Assembly (NCBI GenBank): GCA_964057225.1
Contig: CAXKVF010000090.1
Coordinates: 62,001 to 126,000, forward strand
From: Auanema rhodensis
Taxonomy: Eukaryota; Animalia; Nematoda
Direction: 5' to 3'
DNA: 64,000 bases
Shown here piece after piece: positions 52,901 through 64,000 of this stretch. The notes beneath the pieces were generated by a model that did no database searches, was not told the DNA's origin, and saw only the letters and a program-made list of their open reading frames with translations. Each line of letters begins with the position of its first letter. Position 1 is the first letter of the stretch. The translations under genes were made by a program, and so were the position numbers.

Positions 52901-55900
52901 TACACGTGATGTGCACTTGGTATGTAACTCGCTTCACGTGAAAGATAAAGAGATGCGGTTTTCAAAATTAGATTCCCCATGTCCATATTAGTCTAAAAAC
53001 AAATTTTTATTGATATTGCTTCATGGTAACCATGACTTTGAAATTTACGTGAACTTTAATTTATGCTAATTAAATGTACACGTGATGTGCACTTGGTATG
53101 TAACTCGCTTCACGTGAAAGATAAAGAGATGCGGTTTTCAAAATTAGATTCCCCATGTCCATATTAGTCTAAAAACAAATTTTTATTGATATTGGTTCAT
53201 GGTAACCATGACTTTGAAATTTACGTGAACTTTAATTTATGCTAATTAAATGTACACGTGATGTGCACTTGGTATATAACTCGCTTCACGTGAAAGATAA
53301 AGAGATGCGGTTTTCAAAATTAGATTCCCCATGTCCATATTAGTCTAAAAACAAATTTTTATTGATATTGGTGCATGGTAACCATGACTTTGAAATTTAC
53401 GTGAACTTTAATTTATGCTAATTAAATGTACACGTGATGTGCACTTGGTATGTAACTCGCTTCACGTGAAAGATAAAGAAATGCGGTTTTCAAAATTAGA
53501 TTCCCCATGTCCATATTAGTCTAAAAACAAATTTTTATTGATATTGGTTCATGGTAACCATGACTTTGAAATTTACGTGAACTTTAATTTATGCTAATTA
53601 AATGTACACGTTATGTGCACTTGGTATGTAACTCGCTTCACGTGAAAGATAAAGAGATGCGGTTTTCAAAATTAGATTCCCCATGTCCATATTAGTCTAA
53701 AAACAAATTTTTATTGATATTGGTTCATGGTAACCATGACTTTGAAATTTACGTGAACTTTAATTTATGCTAATTAAATGTACACGTGATGTGCACTTGG
53801 TATGTAACTCGCTTCACGTGAAAGATAAAGAGATGCGGTTTTCAAAATTAGATTCCCCATGTCCATATTAGTCTAAAAACAAATTTTTATTGATATTGCT
53901 TCATGGTAACCATGACTTTGAAATTTACGTGAACTTTAATTTATGCTAATTAAATGTACACGTGATGTGCACTTGGTATGTAACTCGCTTCACGTGAAAG
54001 ATAAAGAGATGCGGTTTTCAAAATTAGATTCCCCATGTCCATATTAGTCTAAAAACAAATTTTTATTGATATTGGTTCATGGTAACCATGACTTTGAAAT
54101 TTACGTGAACTTTAATTTATGCTAATTAAATGTACACGTGATGTGCACTTGGTATGTAACTCGCTTCACGTGAAAGATAAAGAGATGCGGTTTTCAAAAT
54201 TAGATTCCCCATGTCCATATTAGTCTAAAAACAAATTTTTATTGATATTGGTTCATGGTAACCATGACTTTGAAATTTACGTGAACTTTAATTTATGCTA
54301 ATTAAATGTACACGTGATGTGCACTTGGTATGTAACTCGCTTCACGTGAAAGATAAAGAGATGCGGTTTTCAAAATTAGATTCCCCATGTCCATATTAGT
54401 CTAAAAACAAATTTTTATTGATATTGGTGCATGGTAACCATGACTTTGAAATTTACGTGAACTTTAATTTATGCTAATTAAATGTACACGTGATGTGCAC
54501 TTGGTATGTAACTCGCTTCACGTGAAAGATAAAGAAATGCGGTTTTCAAAATTAGATTCCCCATGTCCATATTAGTCTAAAAACAAATTTTTATTGATAT
54601 TGGTTCATGGTAACCATGACTTTGAAATTTACGTGAACTTTAATTTATGCTAATTAAATGTACACGTGATGTGCACTTGGTATGTAACTCGCTTCACGTG
54701 AAAGATAAAGAGATGCGGTTTTCAAAATTAGATTCCCCATGTCCATATTAGTCTAAAAACAAATTTTTATTGATATTGGTGCATGGTAACCATGACTTTG
54801 AATTTTACGTGAACTTTAATTTATGCTAATTAAATGTACACGTGATGTGCACTTGGTATGTAACTCGCTTCACGTGAAAGATAAAGAGATGCGGTTTTCA
54901 AAATTAGATTCCCCATGTCCATATTAGTCTAAAAACAAATTTTTATTGATATTGGTTCATGGTAACCATGACTTTGAAATTTACGTGAACTTTAATTTAT
55001 GCTAATTAAATGTACACGTGATGTGCACTTGGTATGTAACTCGCTTCACGTGAAAGATAAAGAGATGCGGTTTTCAAAATTAGATTCCCCATGTCCATAT
55101 TAGTCTAAAAACAAATTTTTATTGATATTGCTTCATGGTAACCGTGACTTTGAAATTTACGTGAACTTTAATTTATGCTAATTAAATGTACACGTGATGT
55201 GCACTTGGTATGTAACTCGCTTCACGTGAAAGATAAAGAGATGCGGTTTTCAAAATTAGATTCCCCATGTCCATATTAGTCTAAAAACAAATTTTTATTG
55301 ATATTGGTTCATGGTAACCATGACTTTGAAATTTACGTGAACTTTAATTTATGCTAATTAAATGTACACGTGATGTGCACTTGGTATGTAACTCGCTTCA
55401 CGTGAAAGATAAAGAGATGCGGTTTTCAAAATTAGATTCCCCATGTCCATATTAGTCTAAAAACAAATTTTTATTGATATTGGTTCATGGTAACCATGAC
55501 TTTGAAATTTACGTGAACTTTAATTTATGCTAATTAAATGTACACGTGATGTGCACTTGGTATGTAACTCGCTTCACGTGAAAGATAAAGAGATGCGGTT
55601 TTCAAAATTAGATTCCCCATGTCCATATTAGTCTAAAAACAAATTTTTATTGATATTGGTGCATGGTAACCATGACTTTGAATTTTACGTGAACTTTAAT
55701 TTATGCTAATTAAATGTACACGTGATGTGCACTTGGTATGTAACTCGCTTCACGTGAAAGATAAAGAGATGCGGTTTTCAAAATTAGATTCCCCATGTCC
55801 ATATTAGTCTAAAAACAAATTTTTATTGATATTGGTTCATGGTAACCATGACTTTGAAATTTACGTGAACTTTAATTTATGCTAATTAAATGTACACGTG

Positions 55901-57899
55901 ATGTGCACTTGGTATGTAACTCGCTTCACGTGAAAGATAAAGAGATGCGGTTTTCAAAATTAGATTCCCCATGTCCATATTAGTCTAAAAACAAATTTTT
56001 ATTGATATTGCTTCATGGTAACCATGACTTTGAAATTTACGTGAACTTTAATTTATGCTAATTAAATGTACACGTGATGTGCACTTGGTATGTAACTCGC
56101 TTCACGTGAAAGATAAAGAGATGCGGTTTTCAAAATTAGATTCCCCATGTCCATATTAGTCTGAAAACAAATTTTTATTGATATTGGTTCATGGTAACCA
56201 TGACTTTGAAATTTACGTGAACTTTAATTTATGCTAATTAAATGTACACGTGATGTGCACTTGGTATGTAACTCGCTTCACGTGAAAGATAAAGAGATGC
56301 GGTTTTCAAAATTAGATTCCCCATGTCCATATTAGTCTAAAAACAAATTTTTATTGATATTGGTGCATGGTAACCATGACTTTGAAATTTACGTGAACTT
56401 TAATTTATGCTAATTAAATGTACACGTGATGTGCACTTGGTATATAACTCGCTTCACGTGAAAGATAAAGAGATGCGGTTTTCAAAATTAGATTCCCCAT
56501 GTCCATATTAGTCTAAAAACAAATTTTTATTAATATTGCTTCATGGTAACCATGACTTTGAAATTTACGTGAACTTTAATTTATGCTAATTAAATGTACA
56601 CGTGATGTGCACTTGGTATGTAACTCGCTTCACGTGAAAGATAAAGAGATGCGGTTTTCAAAATTAGATTCCCCATGTCCATATTAGTCTAAAAACAAAT
56701 TTTTATTGATATTGGTTCATGGTAACCATGACTTTGAAATTTACGTGAACTTTAATTTATGCTAATTAAATGTACACGTGATGTGCACTTGGTATGTAAC
56801 TCGCTTCACGTGAAAGATAAAGAGATGCGGTTTTCAAAATTAGATTCCCCATGTCCATATTAGTCTAAACACAAATTTTTATTGATATTGGTTCATGGTA
56901 ACCATGACTTTGAAATTTACGTGAACTTTAATTTATGCTAATTAAATGTACACGTGATGTGCACTTGGTATGTAACTCGCTTCACGTGAAAGATAAAGAG
57001 ATGCGGTTTTCAAAATTAGATTCCCCATGTCCATATTAGTCTAAAAACAAATTTTTATTGATATTGGTTCATGGTAACCATGACTTTGAAATTTACGTGA
57101 ACTTTAATTTATGCTAATTAAATGTACACGTGATGTGCACTTGGTATGTAACTCGCTTCACGTGAAAGATAAAGAGATGCGGTTTTCAAAATTAGATTCC
57201 CCATGTCCATATTAGTCTAAAAACAAATTTTTATTGATATTGCTTCATGGTAACCATGACTTTGAAGTTTACGTGAACTTTAATTTATGCTAATTAAATG
57301 TACACGTGATGTGCACTTGGTATGTAACTCGCTTCACGTGAAAGATAAAGAGATGCGGTTTTCAAAATTAGATTCCCCATGTCCATATTAGTCTAAAAAC
57401 AAATTTGTATTGATATTGGTTCATGGTAACCATGACTTTGAAATTTACGTGAACTTTAATTTATGCTAATTAAATGTACACGTGATGTGCACTTGGTATG
57501 TAACTCGCTTCACGTGAAAGATAAAGAGATGCGGTTTTCAAAATTAGATTCCCCATGTCCATATTAGTCTAAAAACAAATTTTTATTGATATTGGTGCAT
57601 GGTAACCATGACTTTGAAATTTACGTGAACTTTAATTTATGCTAATTAAATGTACACGTGATGTGCACTTGGTATGTAACTCGCTTCACGTGAAAGATAA
57701 AGAGATGCGGTTTTCAAAATTAGATTCCCCATGTCCATATTAGTCTAAAAACAAATTTTTATTGATATTGGTTCATGGTAACCATGACTTTGAAATTTAC
57801 GTGAACTTTAATTTATGCTAATTAAATGTACACGTGATGTGCACTTGGTATGTAACTCGCTTCACGTGAAAGATAAAGAGATGCGGTTTTCAAAATTAG

Positions 57900-60800
57900 A
57901 TTCCCCATGTCCATATTAGTCTAAAAACAAATTTTTATTGATATTGGTGCATGGTAACCATGACTTTGAAATTTACGTGAACTTTAATTTATGCTAATTA
58001 AATGTACACGTGATGTGCACTTGGTATGTAACTCGCTTCACGTGAAAGATAAAGAGATGCGGTTTTCAAAATTAGATTCCCCATGTCCATATTAGTCTAA
58101 AAACAAATTTTTATTGATATTGGTGCATGGTAACCATGACTTTGAAATTTACGTGAACTTTAATTTATGCTAATTAAATGTACACGTGATGTGCACTTGG
58201 TATGTAACTCGCTTCACGTGAAAGATAAAGAAATGCGGTTTTCAAAATTAGATTCCCCATGTCCATATTAGTCTAAAAACAAATTTTTATTGATATTGGT
58301 GCATGGTAACCATGACTTTGAAATTTACGTGAACTTTAATTTATGCTAATTAAATGTACACGTTATGTGCACTTGGTATGTAACTCGCTTCACGTGAAAG
58401 ATAAAGAGATGCGGTTTTCAAAATTAGATTCCCCATGTCCATATTAGTCTAAAAACAAATTTTTATTGATATTGGTTCATGGTAACCATGACTTTGAAAT
58501 TTACGTGAACTTTAATTTATGCTAATTAAATGTACACGTGATGTGCACTTGGTATGTAACTCGCTTCACGTGAAAGATAAAGAGATGCGGTTTTCAAAAT
58601 TAGATTCCCCATGTCCATATTAGTCTAAAAACAAATTTTTATTGTTATTGCTTCATGGTAACCATGACTTTGAAATTTACGTGAACTTTAATTTATGCTA
58701 ATTAAATGTACACGTGATGTGCACTTGGTATGTAACTCGCTTCACGTGAAAGATAAAGAGATGCGGTTTTCAAAATTAGGTTCCCCATGTCCATATTAGT
58801 CTAAAAACAAATTTTTATTGATATTGGTTCATGGTAACCATGACTTTGAAATTTACGTGAACTTTAATTTATGCTAATTAAATGTACACGTGATGTGCAC
58901 TTGGTATGTAACTCGCTTCACGTGAAAGATAAAGAGATGCGGTTTTCAAAATTAGATTCCCCATGTCCATATTAGTCTAAAAACAAATTTTTATTGATAT
59001 TGGTTCATGGTAACCATGACTTTGAAATTTACGTGAACTTTAATTTATGCTAATTAAATGTACACGTGATGTGCACTTGGTATGTAACTCGCTTCACGTG
59101 AAAGATAAAGAGATGCGGTTTTCAAAATTAGATTCCCCATGTCCATATTAGTCTAAAAACAAATTTTTATTGATATTGGTGCATGGTAACCATGACTTTG
59201 AATTTTACGTGAACTTTAATTTATGCTAATTAAATGTACACGTGATGTGCACTTGGTATGTAACTCGCTTCACGTGAAAGATAAAGAGATGAGGTTTTCA
59301 AAATTAGATTCCCCATGTCCATATTAGTCTAAAAACAAATTTTTATTGATATTGGTTCATGGTAACCATGACTTTGAAATTTACGTGAACTTTAATTTAT
59401 GCTAATTAAATGTACACGTGATGTGCACTTGGTATGTAACTCGCTTCACGTGAAAGATAAAGAGATGCGGTTTTCAAAATTAGATTCCCCATGTCCATAT
59501 TAGTCTAAAAACAAATTTTTATTGATATTGCTTCATGGTAACCGTGACTTTGAAATTTACGTGAACTTTAATTTATGCTAATTAAATGTACACGTGATGT
59601 GCACTTGGTATGTAACTCGCTTCACGTGAAAGATAAAGAGATGCGGTTTTCAAAATTAGATTCCCCATGTCCATATTAGTCTAAAAACAAATTTTTATTG
59701 ATATTGGTTCATGGTAACCATGACTTTGAAATTTACGTGAACTTTAATTTATGCTAATTAAATGTACACGTGATGTGCACTTGGTATGTAACTCGCTTCA
59801 CGTGAAAGATAAAGAGATGCGGTTTTCAAAATTAGATTCCCCATGTCCATATTAGTCTAAAAACAAATTTTTATTGATATTGGTGCATGGTAACCATGAC
59901 TTTGAAATTTACGTGAACTTTAATTTATGCTAATTAAATGTACACGTGATGTGCACTTGGTATGTAACTCGCTTCACGTGAAAGATAAAGAGATGCGGTT
60001 TTCAAAATTAGATTCCCCATGTCCATATTAGTCTAAAAACAAATTTTTATTGATATTGGTGCATGGTAACCATGACTTTGAAATTTACGTGAACTTTAAT
60101 TTATGCTAATTAAATGTACACGTGATGTGCACTTGGTATGTAACTCGCTTCACGTGAAAGATAAAGAAATGCGGTTTTCAAAATTAGATTCCCCATGTCC
60201 ATATTAGTCTAAAAACAAATTTTTATTGATATTGGTGCATGGTAACCATGACTTTGAAATTTACGTGAACTTTAATTTATGCTAATTAAATGTACACGTT
60301 ATGTGCACTTGGTATGTAACTCGCTTCACGTGAAAGATAAAGAGATGCGGTTTTCAAAATTAGATTCCCCATGTCCATATTAGTCTAAAAACAAATTTTT
60401 ATTGATATTGGTTCATGGTAACCATGACTTTGAAATTTACGTGAACTTTAATTTATGCTAATTAAATGTACACGTGATGTGCACTTGGTATGTAACTCGC
60501 TTCACGTGAAAGATAAAGAGATGCGGTTTTCAAAATTAGATTCCCCATGTCCATATTAGTCTAAAAACAAATTTTTATTGTTATTGCTTCATGGTAACCA
60601 TGACTTTGAAATTTACGTGAACTTTAATTTATGCTAATTAAATGTACACGTGATGTGCACTTGGTATGTAACTCGCTTCACGTGAAAGATAAAGAGATGC
60701 GGTTTTCAAAATTAGATTCCCCATGTCCATATTAGTCTAAAAACAAATTTTTATTGATATTGGTTCATGGTAACCATGACTTTGAAATTTACGTGAACTT

Positions 60801-61800
60801 TAATTTATGCTAATTAAATGTACACGTGATGTGCACTTGGTATGTAACTCGCTTCACGTGAAAGATAAAGAGATGCGGTTTTCAAAATTAGATTCCCCAT
60901 GTCCATATTAGTCTAAAAACAAATTTTTATTGATATTGGTTCATGGTAACCATGACTTTGAAATTTACGTGAACTTTAATTTATGCTAATTAAATGTACA
61001 CGTGATGTGCACTTGGTATGTAACTCGCTTCACGTGAAAGATAAAGAGATGCGGTTTTCAAAATTAGATTCCCCATGTCCATATTAGTCTAAAAACAAAT
61101 TTTTATTGATATTGGTGCATGGTAACCATGACTTTGAATTTTACGTGAACTTTAATTTATGCTAATTAAATGTACACGTGATGTGCACTTGTTATGTAAC
61201 TCGCTTCACGTGAAAGATAAAGAGATGCGGTTTTCAAAATTAGATTCCCCATGTCCATATTAGTCTAAAAACAAATTTTTATTGATATTGGTTCATGGTA
61301 ACCATGACTTTGAAATTTACGTGAACTTTAATTTATGCTAATTAAATGTACACGTGATGTGCACTTGGTATGTAACTCGCTTCACGTGAAAGATAAAGAG
61401 ATGCGGTTTTCAAAATTAGATTCCCCATGTCCATATTAGTCTAAAAACAAATTTTTATTGATATTGCTTCATGGTAACCGTGACTTTGAAATTTACGTGA
61501 ACTTTAATTTATGCTAATTAAATGTACATGTGATGTGCACTTGGTATGTAACTCGCTTCACGTGAAAGATAAAGAGATGCGGTTTTCAAAATTAGATTCC
61601 CCATGTCCATATTAGTCTAAAAACAAATTTTTATTGATATTGGTTCATGGTAACCATGACTTTGAAATTTACGTGAACTTTAATTTATGCTAATTAAATG
61701 TACACGTGATGTGCACTTGGTATGTAACTCGCTTCACGTGAAAGATAAAGAGATGCGGTTTTTAAAATTAGATTCCCCATGTCCATATTAGTCTAAAAAC
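57900..61800 (+). repeat. Tandem duplication of an 11-monomer (1936-bp) block
   Basis: SNP pairs 58364/60300, 58645/60581 and 59544/61480 are each 1936 bp apart. Boundaries approximate. Confidence 0.8.
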
Positions 61801-64000
61801 AAATTTTTATTGATATTGGTTCATGGTAACCATGACTTTGAAATTTACGTGAACTTTAATTTATGCTAATTAAATGTACACGTGATGTGCACTTGGTATG
61901 TAACTCGCTTCACGTGAAAGATAAAGAGATGCGGTTTTCAAAATTAGATTCCCCATGTCCATATTAGTCTAAAAACAAATTTTTATTGATATTGGTGCAT
62001 GGTAACCATGACTTTGAATTTTACGTGAACTTTAATTTATGCTAATTAAATGTACACGTGATGTGCACTTGGTATGTAACTCGCTTCACGTGAAAGATAA
62101 AGAGATGCGGTTTTCAAAATTAGATTCCCCATGTCCATATTAGTCTAAAAACAAATTTTTATTGATATTGCTTCATGGTAACCATGACTTTGAAATTTAC
62201 GTGAACTTTAATTTATGCTAATTAAATGTACACGTGATGTGCACTTGGTATGTAACTCGCTTCACGTGAAAGATAAAGAGATGCGGTTTTCAAAATTAGA
62301 TTCCCCATGTCCATATTAGTCTAAAAACAAATTTTTATTGATATTGCTTCATGGTAACCATGACTTTGAAATTTACGTGAACTTTAATTTATGCTAATTA
62401 AATGTACACGTGATGTGCACTTGGTATATAACTCGCTTCACGTGAAAGATAAAGAGATGCGGTTTTCAAAATTAGATTCCCCATGTCCATATTAGTCTAA
62501 AAACAAATTTTCATTGATATTGGTGCATGGTAACCATGACTTTGAAATTTACGTGAACTTTAATTTATGCTAATTAAATGTACACGTGATGTGCACTTGG
62601 TATATAACTCGCTTCACGTGAAAGATAAAGAGATGCGGTTTTCAAAATTAGATTCCCCATGTCCATATTAGTCTAAAAACAAATTTTTATTAATATTGCT
62701 TCATGGTAACCATGACTTTGAAATTTACGTGAACTTTAATTTATGCTAATTAAATGTACACGTGATGTGCACTTGGTATGTAACTCGCTTCACGTGAAAG
62801 ATAAAGAGATGCGGTTTTCAAAATTAGATTCCCCATGTCCATATTAGTCTAAAAACAAATTTTTATTGATATTGGTTCATGGTAACCATGACTTTGAAAT
62901 TTACGTGAACTTTAATTTATGCTAATTAAATGTACACGTGATGTGCACTTGGTATGTAACTCGCTTCACGTGAAAGATAAAGAGATGCGGTTTTCAAAAT
63001 TAGATTCCCCATGTCCATATTAGTCTAAACACAAATTTTTATTGATATTGGTTCATGGTAACCATGACTTTGAAATTTACGTGAACTTTAATTTATGCTA
63101 ATTAAATGTACACGTGATGTGCACTTGGTATGTAACTCGGTTCACGTGAAAGATAAAGAGATGCGGTTTTCAAAATTAGATTCCCCATGTCCATATTAGT
63201 CTAAAAACAAATTTTTATTGATATTGGTTCATGGTAACCATGACTTTGAAATTTACGTGAACTTTAATTTATGCTAATTAAATGTACACGTGATGTGCAC
63301 TTGGTATGTAACTCGCTTCACGTGAAAGATAAAGAGATGCGGTTTTCAAAATTAGATTCCCCATGTCCATATTAGTCTAAAAACAAATTTTTATTGATAT
63401 TGCTTCATGGTAACCATGACTTTGAAGTTTACGTGAACTTTAATTTATGCTAATTAAATGTACACGTGATGTGCACTTGGTATGTAACTCGCTTCACGTG
63501 AAAGATAAAGAGATGCGGTTTTCAAAATTAGATTCCCCATGTCCATATTAGTCTAAAAACAAATTTGTATTGATATTGGTTCATGGTAACCATGACTTTG
63601 AAATTTACGTGAACTTTAATTTATGCTAATTAAATGTACACGTGATGTGCACTTGGTATGTAACTCGCTTCACGTGAAAGATAAAGAGATGCGGTTTTCA
63701 AAATTAGATTCCCCATGTCCATATTAGTCTAAAAACAAATTTTTATTGATATTGGTGCATGGTAACCATGACTTTGAAATTTACGTGAACTTTAATTTAT
63801 GCTAATTAAATGTACACGTGATGTGCACTTGGTATGTAACTCGCTTCACGTGAAAGATAAAGAAATGCGGTTTTCAAAATTAGATTCCCCATGTCCATAT
63901 TAGTCTAAAAACAAATTTTTATTGATATTGGTTCATGGTAACCATGACTTTGAAATTTACGTGAACTTTAATTTATGCTAATTAAATGTACACGTGATGT

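Larger units (their letters stand above)
1..64000. repeat. Tandem satellite DNA array, 176-bp monomer, ~363.6 head-to-tail copies, extending beyond both window ends; likely centromeric/pericentromeric
   Basis: The same sequence recurs every 176 bp; monomer starts fall at 1, 2641, 5281 ... 47521 (2640 = 15 x 176). Consensus has 56/176 G+C. No unique sequence or inversion seen. Centromeric role is inferred from monomer length, AT-richness and homogeneity only. Confidence 0.99.

Noticed and set aside
1-64000. CRISPR array or other repeat-spacer system
   Set aside because: Palindromic motifs are present, but the sequence between them is near-identical in every unit; there are no unique spacers, leader or cas genes.
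1-64000. Assembly or sequencing artefact (concatemer or collapsed repeat)
   Set aside because: Variants are position-specific, hierarchically shared and almost free of homopolymer indels, as expected of a real, accurately assembled array. Exact copy number still needs read validation.
1-64000. Information encoded in the order of GGTT/GGTG/GCTT alleles
   Set aside because: The order is explained by block duplication and local drift; I saw no regular period or independent pattern.

Overview
The whole 64 kb window is one uninterrupted head-to-tail tandem array of a 176-bp AT-rich monomer (~32% GC, ~363.6 copies, one orientation). This is satellite DNA of nucleosome-repeat length, typical of eukaryotic centromeric or pericentromeric arrays. 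Consensus from position 1: cccatgtccatattagtctaaaaacaaatttttattgatattgSTKcatggtaaccatgactttgaaatttacgtgaactttaatttatgctaattaaatgtacacgtgatgtgcacttggtatgtaactcgcttcacgtgaaagataaagagatgcggttttcaaaattagattc. Most copies differ from consensus by 0-3 substitutions, and only one net indel (~49967) was seen. I found no genes, RNA genes, transposons or CRISPR spacers; the two 60-aa ORFs arise from single stop-loss SNPs in the repeat. I cannot assign the organism or a named satellite family, and I found no new protein-coding system. The informative structure has two levels. Within the monomer there is a 50-bp quasi-palindrome competing with a 15-bp dyad, and three ACGTGA/E-box motifs 32-33 bp apart, one an exact RTCACRTG match. 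Along the array, shared SNPs record local, nested multi-monomer duplications (7, 8, 11, 17/19, 21, 22, 35, 42 and 124 monomers apart), separated by more diverged seams. All variant calls were read by eye.
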